This document shows positions 39,141 to 50,251 of a stretch of 64,000 nt of DNA, in pieces. The position numbers were made by a program, and so were the translations under genes. Numbering within the stretch: position 1 is the first letter of the stretch; each line of letters begins with the position of its first letter. The notes beneath the pieces were generated by a model. It saw only the letters and a program-made list of their open reading frames with translations. It was not told the origin of the DNA and did not search any database. Source of the DNA: Candidatus Hydrogenedentota bacterium (GTDB lineage Bacteria; Hydrogenedentota; Hydrogenedentia; Hydrogenedentales; JAEUWI01); assembly GCA_034669905.1 (NCBI GenBank), contig JAXMOL010000001.1, forward strand, positions 32,001 through 96,000, given 5' to 3'.

Positions 39141-40106
39141 ATGGGTAAATTGACTGCAGTCACCGTGGCGATGTTGTTCCTGGGAACAACGGCATTCGCC
39201 GCACCGGTTGTCTACGATGTAGCAACCGTAAATGGACACGACGGCTACCTGACCGCCTGGGAAACCAGCGGTCCGGTGGACAAGGTGCTGATGCTGGTGA
39301 CGGGCTTCGACACAGACAATGATGATCACCCCGTCGACGATCTCTACACCGATTTCCAACCCCTGATCGATGAGATTGGACCCCTGGGTTGGGATGTAAT
39401 CATCTTCGATTATGTGGATGGCAGCACCTATCTCGAAGACAACGCGGACAACCTGGCGCGTTTCATCGAGTACCTGGACACGCAGGCGGTGCCGGATTAT
39501 CACCTCGCCATTGTCGGTGGCTCCATGGGAGGCATTGTGGCGCGCACAATGTTTGTGCAGGAGAATAGCGCCATGGGTGCCGAGACCTTTGTCACGGTGG
39601 ACTCCCCCCACTGGGGCGTCTATCTCAGCCCCTGGGTGGAAGACCTCGCAGAGCTGGCCATCGACTATCCGGCGGCCCACCAGATGCACAACGGTGACCC
39701 GGCCTATAACAGCCACTATGGCTGGTTGCGGAGCGTGGAGACTAACGGCACCTTCCTGCCCAATGTCATCGACCCCATGGCCACCTTGGCCATCGCCCTG
39801 AGCAATGGGGAAAGCTCCTGGAAACTCTATTGGGATGATGCCCTGATTCACACCAAGTACCATCCGGTGTGTTCTTATGTCATCAGTAACCCCTTTGAGT
39901 CAGACTATATGCCCTATCACTCCACGATCTATATGGACAACATCTCCACGTCGCGGAGCCTTCGCTGGGGCTACACCAAGTACTGGTACAACAACACCAG
40001 CACTTCCTATTTCGATCAGAAACAGGCCAACCCCAAGACCGAGCACAGTGCCCCTGCCTTCGCGGTGGAACAGGCCGTGAACTTTGTTCTGGCAAATGGT
40101 CCGTGA
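39141..40106 (+). CDS. Secreted alpha/beta hydrolase (esterase/lipase-like)
   Basis: Signal peptide ending AFA; VTGFD, nucleophile elbow GGSMGG, DSPHWG; AAGGA RBS upstream of the ATG at 39141. Confidence 0.82.
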   Translation: MGKLTAVTVAMLFLGTTAFAAPVVYDVATVNGHDGYLTAWETSGPVDKVLMLVTGFDTDNDDHPVDDLYTDFQPLIDEIGPLGWDVIIFDYVDGSTYLEDNADNLARFIEYLDTQAVPDYHLAIVGGSMGGIVARTMFVQENSAMGAETFVTVDSPHWGVYLSPWVEDLAELAIDYPAAHQMHNGDPAYNSHYGWLRSVETNGTFLPNVIDPMATLAIALSNGESSWKLYWDDALIHTKYHPVCSYVISNPFESDYMPYHSTIYMDNISTSRSLRWGYTKYWYNNTSTSYFDQKQANPKTEHSAPAFAVEQAVNFVLANGP

Positions 40107-40140
40107 TAGAAAACTGATAGTGCCCACCTGAAACCGGATC

Positions 40141-40169
40141 GGGCGGAAGCACCTGGGGTGCTTCCGCCC
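40141..40169. terminator. Strong hairpin between convergent genes
   Basis: GGGCGGAAGCACC-TGG-GGTGCTTCCGCCC, a 13-bp perfect stem with no U-tract. Confidence 0.55.
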
Positions 40170-40519
40170 GCCCGGAGGGACGTTCTGCCGCAGGTCTATG
40201 GCAGGGAGAGATGGCGACTCCCGCACGAATGGCGCAGCCCTGCGGTACGGGCAACCACGACGGCGCGGCAGCATGTCCCGGTGGGAATATAGACCCACGG
40301 GGTGGAAAACGGAAGGCACCTGCAGCGACACCCCATCCTTGTACTGCAGGAAATGGGCCGGACGCCCATTCATGCGGGGATCGTCCATCCCGGTCTAACG
40401 GGATAGCACCAGGCCCCTGACGCCCAACCAGGTTTCCGAGCGCGATACCGTCCCTCCATAAAAAACGCGGTCGAATTCACCCACTGGTGAACCCGACCGC
40501 GCTGGGTAACCATGTCGCG

Positions 40520-41788
40520 CTAGAGCTTCAGGTCGATAAAGCGCCAGAAATTGCCGCCGAGCAATTGCTCTGCGTCGCGTTTGATTTCGGCCTCGGTGAC
40601 GGTCCAGCCGGATTCCACCAGGTCGGCGTACTTGTGACGCAGGACCTTGGCGATAATCTGACGCGAATGGGCCCACTTGTAAATCACCTGGTCGAGCACC
40701 CGCGCGTCGGAGTGCTGGGGAATAATTGACGGCCCGAGAAGCTCGAGGCGCATCTCGGTCATTTCCTGGATGATGCTGGGATTGTTGAGGAACCACCAGC
40801 AACCAAAAATCAGTAAGTTGCGGAATTTGCGCGCCGTCACACACAGGGTGTGTTGGTCTTCCCGGGACAAGGTCGTGACCATGAATTTGTTCTGCGGGTA
40901 CTTCGCACAGAGGTATTCCACGGGAGTGAGACTGGACTGTCCCACACTATCCCCGGCCAGACGGAGCAGCGGATTAATCTGACGCGTAACCCCAATCATC
41001 ATGGCGAAGGGGATGTTGAATTCCCGGGCCACGGGCAGGATGCATTCCTCTATCAGCGTCGCACGGGCCGACTCTTCGGGCATGGCAAAGTCAGGGGGCA
41101 GCGAGACGGCCATGTAGAGGGCCTTGAAGCGCTTGACCCAGTCGGTGAGAAAGCGGCGTACTTCGGCGCGGGACTTCTCATTCAGGGAGACCTCTACGTC
41201 GTAGTTCATCCCTTGCAGCATTTTGTAGCTGCTCTCCCAGGAATTGAGGAGGGGGTCGATGCGCAGCACGCCGTGAAAACGGTCATCGGTCTGGTAGTCC
41301 CCTTCCCACACGGGCTGTTCCAAGGGGTCAAAGGGGTCGTTGGTCATGACCGCACATTTCAGCCGGGCCACTTCAAAAACCCGATCCACGTGGGCGCTCG
41401 TTTCCTGCGCAGCAAACCAGGCCCGATACCCTTTCAGATCCCGGCTGCTCACATCGAGTCCCAGGGCATCGAGGACGGTGATGACGCCGCGACAGGCTTC
41501 GCTGATGGGACTGTTCTCGATGAAGAGACACTGCCAGATAGCGTCGGCCTGCTGGGACTTACTCAACGACCAGAACTGGTCGTAGGACATGTCGGAGAGA
41601 CGAAAAAACTCGGCCACGAGATAGTGGTACGTAAGCAATTCGTCGACACCCCACAACAGCAGCTCGCCAAAGTCGGTGGCATAGAGGTGGGTGTGGATAT
41701 CGGTAATCGGTGTCTTCATGACCGCGTCATTGACGGCCGCACGCAATCCAACGGCATCGCTCCGGCTGAAAGAGGCGGAAGTACTCAT
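40520..41788 (-). CDS. uxaC: Uronate (glucuronate) isomerase, BH0493-like amidohydrolase clade
   Basis: TDIHTHL, ELLTYHYLVAE, SPISEACRGV, MTNDPFD, FGCWWFLNNP, PQHSDARVLDQVIYKW. Confidence 0.85.
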   Translation of the reverse strand: MSTSASFSRSDAVGLRAAVNDAVMKTPITDIHTHLYATDFGELLLWGVDELLTYHYLVAEFFRLSDMSYDQFWSLSKSQQADAIWQCLFIENSPISEACRGVITVLDALGLDVSSRDLKGYRAWFAAQETSAHVDRVFEVARLKCAVMTNDPFDPLEQPVWEGDYQTDDRFHGVLRIDPLLNSWESSYKMLQGMNYDVEVSLNEKSRAEVRRFLTDWVKRFKALYMAVSLPPDFAMPEESARATLIEECILPVAREFNIPFAMMIGVTRQINPLLRLAGDSVGQSSLTPVEYLCAKYPQNKFMVTTLSREDQHTLCVTARKFRNLLIFGCWWFLNNPSIIQEMTEMRLELLGPSIIPQHSDARVLDQVIYKWAHSRQIIAKVLRHKYADLVESGWTVTEAEIKRDAEQLLGGNFWRFIDLKL

Positions 41789-41877
41789 GGTGATAGATTC
41801 CTTATGGGTTTTCGACCAGGCGCAAGGGCCGCAGTCGCGATGTCACATAGTATGGGGGTGCCGGATGCCTGCGCCGC

Positions 41878-42921
41878 TCAGTCCGTCAGATAGGCCTGGA
41901 ACGCTTCCGTCTGCCGGGTTTCGAAGCCGCCGTTCTCTCCGTGGGAGACCAACATGACTGGCAACGCCAGGCGCTCGGCCAGCGCCATCCCCTTGTCCGG
42001 CCCCAGAACCATGAGCGCTGTGGCGTAGGCATCGGCCAGGGCACAGCGGGGGTGCAAGACACTCACAGAGGCCAGGCTATGGGCGACTGGTTTACCGGTG
42101 GCCGGGTCAATGGTGTGGGAATAGCGCTTACCATCCACCTCATAAAAGTTTCGGTAGTTTCCGGAAGTCGCGAGGGAGATATTCGATAGGCCCACCACCT
42201 CCTGAAGGACCCGTCCTTCATCGACGGGTTTTTCAATGGCAATTTTCCACGGAAGGCCCACCGCGTTTTTGCCCGCAGTGCGCACTTCTCCACCCACCTC
42301 AATCATGTAGTCGCGATAGTCTTCCGCTTCCAGGACCGACGCGACCAAGTCGACGGCATAGCCTTTGGCTATACCCGACAAATCGCAATACACCCCACTG
42401 GCACGCTTCTGCACCGACTGGGTGAGTGCGTCCAATGTAATGGCCTCGGGTCCGCAGAGGGCTTTCAAGGTCGCGAGTTCTTCTTCGGTGGGCGGCTCCT
42501 GCTTGTCGTCGGGTCCGAAACCCCACCGATTGACCAGGGGACCGACGGTGATATCAAAGGCCCCCTCCGTCTCCCGGTTCACCTCGAGGGCAAGCTGGAG
42601 CATGGCGAAGACTTCATTGGAGACGGGGGTGTAGGCCCCGCCCGCCATACGGTTCAGCACGGAGAGCTCCGAGTCCTCCTTGTAGGTCGACATCTTCCCA
42701 TCGACGTGTTTCAGGGCCCCCTCGATCGCCTCCGCCATGGCTGTGGACACGTCGTCCTCCATGGAGGCGACCACCGTGATGTGATAGGTCGTGCCCATGA
42801 TGCCGCCGGTGAAGGCCACCGTCTCTTTGGCAGGCGGAAGGGGATCGCTACAGGCGCTCAGCAGCAACGAAAAAAAGAGCGTGGCAAATACCACGCTCTT
42901 ATGGGTGTAACAATAGGACAT
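41878..42921 (-). CDS. apbE: FAD:protein FMN transferase (lipoprotein)
   Basis: Lipobox LSAC; MGTT, GAFDITVGPL, DLSGIAKGYAVD, EVGGE, ATSGNY, SHTIDP, ADAYATAL; follows nqrF. Confidence 0.95.
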   Translation of the reverse strand: MSYCYTHKSVVFATLFFSLLLSACSDPLPPAKETVAFTGGIMGTTYHITVVASMEDDVSTAMAEAIEGALKHVDGKMSTYKEDSELSVLNRMAGGAYTPVSNEVFAMLQLALEVNRETEGAFDITVGPLVNRWGFGPDDKQEPPTEEELATLKALCGPEAITLDALTQSVQKRASGVYCDLSGIAKGYAVDLVASVLEAEDYRDYMIEVGGEVRTAGKNAVGLPWKIAIEKPVDEGRVLQEVVGLSNISLATSGNYRNFYEVDGKRYSHTIDPATGKPVAHSLASVSVLHPRCALADAYATALMVLGPDKGMALAERLALPVMLVSHGENGGFETRQTEAFQAYLTD

Positions 42922-42933
42922 GAATGCTTTCGC

Positions 42934-44157
42934 TTATCCGAAGTCGTCGTATTCGATCATCTCGTCTTCGACACCCAGGTCATGCAGCATGTTGGTACAC
43001 GCCGTCAACATCATGGGCGGCCCACAGAGGTAGTATTCGATATCCTCTGGTGCCGGGTGATCCTTCAGGTAATTCTCCAACAAGACCTGGTGAATAAAGC
43101 CGGTATAGCCGGTCCAGTTGTCTTCCGGCAGCGGCTCGGAAAGGGCCGTATGCCACGTGAAGTTGGGATTCTCCGCCTGGATGGCATCGAAATCTTCCTG
43201 GTAGAACATCTCACGAAGGCTTCGTGCGCCATACCAGAAGGTGGCCTTCCGGTTGGTCTTAATCCGACGGAACTGGTCGAAGATATGGGAGCGCATGGGC
43301 GCCATACCGGCACCACCACCGATGAAGCACATTTCCCGATCGGTCTCGTGGGCAAAGAATTCACCGAAGGGACCGGAAATGGTGACTTCATCACCGGGCT
43401 TCAGGTTGAAGATGTAGGACGACATGATGCCCGGGGGGATACCCTCAGTCCGCGGCGGCGGGGTAGCCACACGAACGTTGAGCATGATGATGCCCTTTTC
43501 TTCGGGATAGTTGGCCATGGAGTAGGCCCGGGTAACCGTTTCCGGCACCTTGGACTCATACTGCCAGATGTTGAATTTGTCCCAGTCGGGGCGATACTCC
43601 TCCTGCACGTCGAAGTCTTTGTACTTCAATTCGTGGGGCGGACATTCGATCTGGATGTAACCACCCGCACGGAAGGGAACGCTTTCGCCTTCGGGAAGTT
43701 CGAGTACCAGTTCCTTAATGAAGGTCGCCACGTTGTCATTCGAGCGCACTTTACATTTCCACTTGCGCACGCTGAAGACTTCGGCCGGGATCTCGATGGA
43801 CATGTCATTCTTGACCTTGACCTGGCACGAGAGACGGCAGCCTTCTTTGGCTTCGCCGCGATTAATCCAGCCTTCTTCCGTGGAGAGCATGGAGCCACCG
43901 CCTTCTTTGACGTTGACCTTACATACCCCACAGCTGCCCTTACCACCACACGCGGAAGGAATGAAGATCTTATTGGCAGCCAGTGTTCCAAGCAACGTGC
44001 CACCTGCCGGGGTCGTAATGGCAGAATCGGGATCACCGTTAATGGTGATGCTCACGTCCCCTGAGGCCACAAGTTTGGCCTTGGCCGCCAGCACTACCGC
44101 GACGAGCGATAGAATGACGGCGCAGAACATTATCACACCCATGATAATGGTAGTCAT
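42934..44157 (-). CDS. nqrF: Na+-translocating NADH:quinone reductase subunit F
   Basis: [70 protein letters not shown]. Confidence 0.97.
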   Translation of the reverse strand: MTTIIMGVIMFCAVILSLVAVVLAAKAKLVASGDVSITINGDPDSAITTPAGGTLLGTLAANKIFIPSACGGKGSCGVCKVNVKEGGGSMLSTEEGWINRGEAKEGCRLSCQVKVKNDMSIEIPAEVFSVRKWKCKVRSNDNVATFIKELVLELPEGESVPFRAGGYIQIECPPHELKYKDFDVQEEYRPDWDKFNIWQYESKVPETVTRAYSMANYPEEKGIIMLNVRVATPPPRTEGIPPGIMSSYIFNLKPGDEVTISGPFGEFFAHETDREMCFIGGGAGMAPMRSHIFDQFRRIKTNRKATFWYGARSLREMFYQEDFDAIQAENPNFTWHTALSEPLPEDNWTGYTGFIHQVLLENYLKDHPAPEDIEYYLCGPPMMLTACTNMLHDLGVEDEMIEYDDFG

Positions 44158-44195
44158 CCGGTGTACTCCTTAGCGTCGAGTCGCTTCAATCAGTC

Positions 44196-44813
44196 TTAAA
44201 GTTGTATACCAGAGAACGCCATGAAACCAATGGCCATCAATCCGGTGAGGAGAAAGGTAATACCCAGACCACGCAGGCCAGGGGGAACATTGCTGTAGCG
44301 CATTTTTTCGCGAATAGCGGCGAGGGCCGTAATGGCCAGCAGCCAGCCCACACCCGAGCCCAGCCCGAAGGTGATGCTCTCGCCGAAGTTGTAGTCGCGC
44401 TCCACCATGAAGAGGGAAGCCCCCAGAATGGCGCAGTTTACGGCGATGAGCGGAAGGAAAATTCCGAGGGACGCATACAGCGCCGGCACGAAGCGGTCGA
44501 GCACCATCTCTACAATCTGAACCATGGCGGCAATGGTGCCAATAAAGGTCAGGAAGGAGAGGAAGCTCAAGTCGACCTCGGCCAGATCTGCGCTAATCCA
44601 GCCCATCGCACCCGGTGCGAGGAACATGGTGTAAATGGCATTGTTCAGCGGCACCGTAATGCCCAAGACAAAGACCACGGCACAACCTAAGCCGAAGGCG
44701 GCGTCCACTTTCTTGGAGCAACCCAGAAAGGTACACATGCCGAGGAAGAAGGCCAGGGCCATATTCTCGATGAAGGCCGAGGTGGTGAAAATACTCAGGT
44801 GATGTTCAATCAT
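44196..44813 (-). CDS. nqrE: Na+-NQR subunit E
   Basis: [51 protein letters not shown]; start taken as the ATG at 44813. Confidence 0.96.
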   Translation of the reverse strand: MIEHHLSIFTTSAFIENMALAFFLGMCTFLGCSKKVDAAFGLGCAVVFVLGITVPLNNAIYTMFLAPGAMGWISADLAEVDLSFLSFLTFIGTIAAMVQIVEMVLDRFVPALYASLGIFLPLIAVNCAILGASLFMVERDYNFGESITFGLGSGVGWLLAITALAAIREKMRYSNVPPGLRGLGITFLLTGLMAIGFMAFSGIQL

Positions 44814-44817
44814 AGTC

Positions 44818-45447
44818 TCAGCTTTCCTCGATCTGTTCAGGCTTCCAGGTGCGCACGGCCCAGATGAAGAAGCCAATCAGGAAGAAGGCACCCGGGGACA
44901 GCACCATCAGGCCGTTGGTTGTATACCAACCCCCACTGGTAACCGGCGAGAGGATGGTCACACCGAAGAGGCTACCGGAGCCGAAGAGTTCGCGGAAGAA
45001 CGCGACAATCATCAGAACCAGGCTGTAGCCCACACCGTTACCGAATCCATCCAAGGCGCTCATGTAAGGGCCATTCTGCATGGCATAGCCTTCGGCACGG
45101 CCCATAACGATACAGTTGGTAATAATGAGGCCCACGAATACCGAGAGCTGCTTGCTGATTTCGAAGAGATAGGCCTTCAAGATCTGGTCGGTCAGAATCA
45201 CGAAGGTCGCGATAACCGAAAGCTGCACGATAATGCGGATAGAGGGCGGAATGTTGTTGCGCAACAGACTGACCACGAGGGAGGAGCAGGTGGTGACCGC
45301 AATCACCGCCAGGCACATCACAAAGGCCGTTTCCATTTTGGTGGTGACCGCCAGTGCCGAACAAATCCCCAGCACCTGAAGGGCAATCGGGTTGTTGTTG
45401 AACAGGGGGTCGAGAACTGTCTCGCGTTCTTTCTTACCGAATTGCAT
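44818..45447 (-). CDS. nqrD: Na+-NQR subunit D
   Basis: [40 protein letters not shown]. Confidence 0.96.
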   Translation of the reverse strand: MQFGKKERETVLDPLFNNNPIALQVLGICSALAVTTKMETAFVMCLAVIAVTTCSSLVVSLLRNNIPPSIRIIVQLSVIATFVILTDQILKAYLFEISKQLSVFVGLIITNCIVMGRAEGYAMQNGPYMSALDGFGNGVGYSLVLMIVAFFRELFGSGSLFGVTILSPVTSGGWYTTNGLMVLSPGAFFLIGFFIWAVRTWKPEQIEES

Positions 45448-45449
45448 GG

Positions 45450-46214
45450 TTACACGCTCCCGTTTTCACGAAATGACTTCAGATACGGACCGAAACCCTC
45501 GTCACCCATCCAGAATTGCAGCATATTGGTGACGCCACGGCTCGTAATGGTGGCACCACTGAGTCCGTTCACGCTGTAGGGGTCATTTTCCGGGGATTCT
45601 GCGGCGCCCTTGATAACCTGGATGGCCACATCCCAGTCTTCGTCGTATACTTTGCGGTCGGGCCAATAGCTCTTCCAAACGGGATTGTCTACTTCACCAC
45701 CGAGACCAGGAGTCTCTTTGTGGCTGTAGTAAGTAATACCGCGGACCGTCGTGGTATCGGCGCTCAGGGCGAGGAAGCCGTAGAGCGTACCCCACAGACC
45801 CTTCCCGGAAATGGGCAGGACCAGCATATCGACTTTGCCGTCTTTTTCCACCTGGTAAATCTTGACCAACTCAGGCACTTCGGAGAGTTGGGCCTCGTTA
45901 CCGGGCACCTTCATGAGCGGTGCTTCTTCCTGGGCAAAAACCTGGGGATCAACGTCTTCCGCATAGGTGTCGGTGGTCAGATCCACGACCTTGGGGGTAA
46001 TGGTCGCGAAAAGCTCCTGCACCTTTTCCGGCGTAACACTCTCGCCCGCGGTGATAATCCGACAGGCCTGGAGGACGCTCTTCTGCTTATCAAGCTGCTG
46101 ATTGGTTTCCTGACGCTCTTTCAGCGCCACCGCCGCCACAGAAAGCAGGACGGAGCAGATGAGGCACAAGGTCAGGGAAAAGAAGTAGGTATATTTCGTG
46201 CTAAACTGCTGCAT
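45450..46214 (-). CDS. nqrC: Na+-NQR subunit C
   Basis: N-terminal [34 protein letters not shown] (FMN-Thr motif). Confidence 0.95.
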   Translation of the reverse strand: MQQFSTKYTYFFSLTLCLICSVLLSVAAVALKERQETNQQLDKQKSVLQACRIITAGESVTPEKVQELFATITPKVVDLTTDTYAEDVDPQVFAQEEAPLMKVPGNEAQLSEVPELVKIYQVEKDGKVDMLVLPISGKGLWGTLYGFLALSADTTTVRGITYYSHKETPGLGGEVDNPVWKSYWPDRKVYDEDWDVAIQVIKGAAESPENDPYSVNGLSGATITSRGVTNMLQFWMGDEGFGPYLKSFRENGSV

Positions 46215-47454
46215 GGCGTGCCATCCTTCTCTTGATGTTCGAGCGCTTGGCCATCCAATCGAGCAGACCCGAGAACATGTTCATGAAGAGGATGGCCAGC
46301 ATCATGCCCTCCGGGAACGCGGGGTTGACGACACGAATCAGAATGGCGAATACGCCGATAAGCAAACCGTAGATGAGCCGTCCGCGATCGGTGTAGGGCG
46401 CGGAGACGGGGTCGGTGGCCATGAAGACCAGTCCAAAGGCCCAACCACCCAAGACCATCTGCCAGTGGAAGGGCATATTCATGAGGGCGTTGGTTTCGGA
46501 GCCAATAGCATTGAGGCCGAGGGTCGTGAGATAGCTACCGACCAGCACACCCAGCATCACCCGCCAGGAGCCGATACCCGTCATAATCAGGATACCCGCG
46601 CCAATGATACAGGCCAGGGCCGACGTCTCACCCATGGAACCGGGCACCTTCCCGAGGAAGGCATCGAGCCAGGTAATATCCAGTCCCGTCAGGGCGCTCT
46701 TCCAGGCGTCGGTTGCGGCAGGGTCGGCTACACCGGCCACCGCACCCAGGGCCGTCGCGCCACTGAAGCCGTCGACCTGATTAGAAGCGGTTACCGCCGT
46801 CCAGACCTTGTCCCCGGAAATCTGCGCCGGGTAGGCGAAGAAGAGGAAGGCGCGGGCGGTCAGGGCCGGGTTGAAGATGTTCATCCCGGTGCCACCGAAG
46901 ATTTCCTTCCCGATAATCACCCCGAAAGTAATGCCCAGGGCCACCTGCCAAAGGGGAATCGTCGGGGGAAGAATCAGGGGGAAGAGCATGCCGGTGACGA
47001 GGAAACCCTCGTTCACTTCGTGTTTTCGAATGACGGCAAAGAGTACCTCGATATGACCACCCACCACGAAGGTGACGATCAAGACCGGCAGGTAATAAAG
47101 CGCGCCGTGAAAAATACAGGCCAGGGGGTTGGCGGGGTTGTAGCCAATACCGAGCACATTAATGAGCCAGCCACGGAGCCCTTCGGCGGACATTCCGTCG
47201 CCCAGTGCGGCGTTGGCCTGGTAGCCCGTGTTGTACATGGCCACGAGAATGCAGGGGATCAGGGCGAAGACGACGGTAATCATCATCCGCTTCAGGTCCA
47301 GGGCATCCCGCACGTGCGACGCGCCGTGGGTAACTTCACCCGGCGTGAACATGGCCGTGTCGTGGGCCTCATAGAGGGGATAGAGCCGCTCCAGCTTGCC
47401 ACCTTTGTGGAAGAGGGGCTCGAATTTATCGTGTATTTCGCGAAGGAATTTCAT
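46201..47454 (-). CDS. nqrB: Na+-NQR subunit B
   Basis: [61 protein letters not shown]. Confidence 0.97.
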   Translation of the reverse strand: MKFLREIHDKFEPLFHKGGKLERLYPLYEAHDTAMFTPGEVTHGASHVRDALDLKRMMITVVFALIPCILVAMYNTGYQANAALGDGMSAEGLRGWLINVLGIGYNPANPLACIFHGALYYLPVLIVTFVVGGHIEVLFAVIRKHEVNEGFLVTGMLFPLILPPTIPLWQVALGITFGVIIGKEIFGGTGMNIFNPALTARAFLFFAYPAQISGDKVWTAVTASNQVDGFSGATALGAVAGVADPAATDAWKSALTGLDITWLDAFLGKVPGSMGETSALACIIGAGILIMTGIGSWRVMLGVLVGSYLTTLGLNAIGSETNALMNMPFHWQMVLGGWAFGLVFMATDPVSAPYTDRGRLIYGLLIGVFAILIRVVNPAFPEGMMLAILFMNMFSGLLDWMAKRSNIKRRMARHAAV

Positions 47455-47466
47455 AGACGGACCGCT

Positions 47467-48828
47467 TTATCCTTCTTTTGCTATCGTGGTCAGGTTGCGA
47501 CGGAGGAGGGGACCGAATTCGTACTTGCTGGGACACACAAAGGTGCACAGGGCAAGGTCTTCTTCATCCAGTTCCAGGCAGCCAAGCTCTTCGGCGCTCT
47601 CCAGGTCATCCACGGCCAGGGAGCGCAGGAGCTCGGTGGGCAGGATGTCGAAGGGCGTGACCTTTTCGTAACTGCCAATGGGCACCATGGCCCGGGCACC
47701 ACCGTTGGTCGTGGTCGTCATGGCAAACTTTTTCTCGGGAATGAAGCTGGAGATAAAGGCACCGACCACCGAGAATTTCTCGAGACCCGGCTCAAGCCAG
47801 CCCATGAATACCCGTTCGCGGTTTTCTTCCAGCACGCTCACCTGATGGTGGTAGCGGCCAAGATAGCCGTGAATGTCGCCCATGGCCTTCCGACCGGAAA
47901 GCACCGAGCCGGAAACGACCCGAATTTCACCGTCAGCCACTTCCCCAGCCGTTAATTCGTCAAGGGAAACACCCTGACGCACCTTGAGGAGGCGGGGCTG
48001 ATTGACCGCAGGACCCGCCAGTGAGATAACCCGTTCGGTATCCAGGGTGCCGGCGCGGAAAAGCTGCCCAATGGCGAGCACATCCTGAATTCCCAGATAC
48101 CAGCAGGTCCGATGGTGGCCTACGGGCGCCAGGGTATGAATGTGGAAGCCCGGGTTGCCCGCCGGATGGGGCCCCTGAAACTCTTCAATGAAGGCTTCGG
48201 CGTTACCGGTGGGGTGTACCTGGCTCTTCGGCGACTTGCAAAAATGCACGTTACCGTCGGTCAGGGCCCGAATCGCAGCAATACCCGCATCCAGGTCGAC
48301 TTGACGATCTCCCACGACCACATCGATATCGGCCGCCAGCGGATTGGTATCCATGGCGGTGATAAAGATGGCATAGGGCGAGGAGTCCAGTGCGGGCACC
48401 TTGCTGAAGGGCCGTGTACGGAAAGCGGTCCAGAGTCCCGATTCCACCAACAGGGCCTGAACGCCACTGCGATCGTAACTGGAAATGTCCTGGCCGGTGT
48501 AGGCCTCAAAATCAACCGCCGCATCGGGGTCGTTCTGGTCCAGTTCAATCACGAGGGTCTGGAATGCGCGACGTTCGCCACGATTCAGCGCCACGATGGT
48601 GCCGGCTCCGGGTGCCGTAAAGCGTACTCCGGGGGTCTTTTTGTCTTCAAAAAGACATTGCCCGCGTTTAACCGTGTCCCCGACCTGCACCTGGAAGGCC
48701 GGCTTCATGCCAATGTAGTCATCAGCCACGATTGCAATGCGTTTGGGGGAAGGTCCAGATCCGATTACCTGCTCCGGCGCACCGGTGATAGGCAGATCCA
48801 GCCCCTTCGTTGATACATGTAAGGCCAT
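47467..48828 (-). CDS. nqrA: Na+-NQR subunit A
   Basis: KGLDLPITGAP, RGERRAF, SGLW...RTRPFSKVP, AMDTNPLA, GPHPAG, SGSVLSG, LGCLELDEEDLALCTFVCPSK. Confidence 0.97.
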   Translation of the reverse strand: MALHVSTKGLDLPITGAPEQVIGSGPSPKRIAIVADDYIGMKPAFQVQVGDTVKRGQCLFEDKKTPGVRFTAPGAGTIVALNRGERRAFQTLVIELDQNDPDAAVDFEAYTGQDISSYDRSGVQALLVESGLWTAFRTRPFSKVPALDSSPYAIFITAMDTNPLAADIDVVVGDRQVDLDAGIAAIRALTDGNVHFCKSPKSQVHPTGNAEAFIEEFQGPHPAGNPGFHIHTLAPVGHHRTCWYLGIQDVLAIGQLFRAGTLDTERVISLAGPAVNQPRLLKVRQGVSLDELTAGEVADGEIRVVSGSVLSGRKAMGDIHGYLGRYHHQVSVLEENRERVFMGWLEPGLEKFSVVGAFISSFIPEKKFAMTTTTNGGARAMVPIGSYEKVTPFDILPTELLRSLAVDDLESAEELGCLELDEEDLALCTFVCPSKYEFGPLLRRNLTTIAKEG

Positions 48829-49034
48829 ACGTCGTTCCCGTTGTGGGTCTGTATCAATCTCGAACGAACAGACTAGCGTAAAGAGAGAATTGGCACCGTC
48901 GGAAAGGCAGATAGCACGGTCCCAACACGATGCAAAACAGCCTGATTATGCCACAGCATGCCGGGAGCAAACAAGCCAAACCGGCGAAAAAGCACCTGCC
49001 TCCACGGCAACGCCCCCGAACGGCCCGGAAATCG

Positions 49035-49178
49035 CTACGTCTCGGAGACCACATCTTCCTTCACGACCGCCCCGGGCAGGGTCATCGTGTGGGGCCACAT
49101 CTTGCGCCCGGGATAAATAGACGTATTAATGCCCGTGTGCACGCCGTCAGCAATGATGGCACCCAGCTTGCGCCGCCC
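49035..49178 (-). pseudogene. Detached duplicate of the 3' end of the GlmU-like gene
   Basis: 49050..49178 encodes GRRKLGAIIADGVHTGINTSIYPGRKMWPHTMTLPGAVVKEDV, identical to the product of 50261..50389, then ends VSET* instead of LE*. Confidence 0.88.
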
Positions 49179-49198
49179 ACAGCCCCGGGAATCGCCAC

Positions 49199-50227
49199 TC
49201 AGATTTCGAGTGATTCGCGCATGAAATCCATAAACATCCAGCAATCCGGGGGCTCCATGCCGCCCAGGAGGGCGTAGCCATTCAAAGCTCCCAAGGCGGG
49301 CACCCCCCATCTCCCCCCGCTGAACACAGGCGGCGCTTCCACTTCCCCCCACGCGGAGCCTTCTTCCACCGTCCGGAGATAAATTCGTCGCGTCGCGCTC
49401 GCCACCATAAACATAGTCCCCGACATCGGGGGAAGCACTAGCACGTCGGCGGCGGGCTCACTTCCCGTCTGGGCCAACAGGGCCCTGCCATTCTCCCCGG
49501 TTTTTCCACCCAACTCCGAGAAATACCATTCCACCAACAGGGGCAACGACTCGCCGGACGTATCGAGCTCCGCCAGGAGCATCGGATATATCTCTACTCC
49601 AATACCTGCGCCCATCCAATCGTGGTCATAGACCTCCCCCGCCCGACGCAAGGCCCGCTCATGGAGTATCCGGTCTAAGACTTGATGGGTCGTATCCAGC
49701 ATGGTGCGCCGCTCTTCCGCCGTACCATGAACGGCCGCATGCAGCAGGGTGGCAAATCGGGGATCTTGTAGTAAGTATCGTTGGACATCTTCGACAAGAG
49801 GGCCCCGTGATTGAAGGCGCGCGAACGCGTCCGCTGGCATCAGCGTGTGGGCCTTTCGGAGAAGCGTTTCGACGGTTTCTGACTCCAGCTCCTCGAGAAG
49901 GGCAGCCCGTTCTTCGGGGTACCGCGCTATCGCCTCCAGCACGGCCCGCTCCATGTCATTCTTCGGTGCTGGCCGTGGTGGGGGAACGGGGGGCGACTCC
50001 AGCACCAGCCAGGGTTCCGGACCCGATTCCGGTCTGTCTATCGGTTTCGCTTCGGGCTCACGACGTCCTGACTCTCCTGAGTGAGGCGGCAATGGGTGGG
50101 GAGTCACTTCGGGCACCACGGGTTGCCGCCCGGGCGACACTGCCCACTCGGAAGACCGCGACAGATAGTACCCCCCTGCCGCGAGTACGCTGGCTATGAT
50201 TAGCAGGCCCGCTATAATTCGACCCAT
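49199..50227 (-). CDS. Hypothetical membrane-anchored protein
   Basis: 342-aa ORF with an N-terminal TM helix, a Pro-rich linker and a helical body; fills the space between the two duplicated segments. Confidence 0.68.
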   Translation of the reverse strand: MGRIIAGLLIIASVLAAGGYYLSRSSEWAVSPGRQPVVPEVTPHPLPPHSGESGRREPEAKPIDRPESGPEPWLVLESPPVPPPRPAPKNDMERAVLEAIARYPEERAALLEELESETVETLLRKAHTLMPADAFARLQSRGPLVEDVQRYLLQDPRFATLLHAAVHGTAEERRTMLDTTHQVLDRILHERALRRAGEVYDHDWMGAGIGVEIYPMLLAELDTSGESLPLLVEWYFSELGGKTGENGRALLAQTGSEPAADVLVLPPMSGTMFMVASATRRIYLRTVEEGSAWGEVEAPPVFSGGRWGVPALGALNGYALLGGMEPPDCWMFMDFMRESLEI

Positions 50228-50251
50228 AAATCCTGGTCCCTTACCCTGTGG

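Noticed and set aside
49035..49352. 105-aa ORF ending in the GlmU-like tail as a real gene
   Set aside because: Its first half overlaps the 342-aa gene out of frame; it is best explained as chance read-in to the duplicated fragment.
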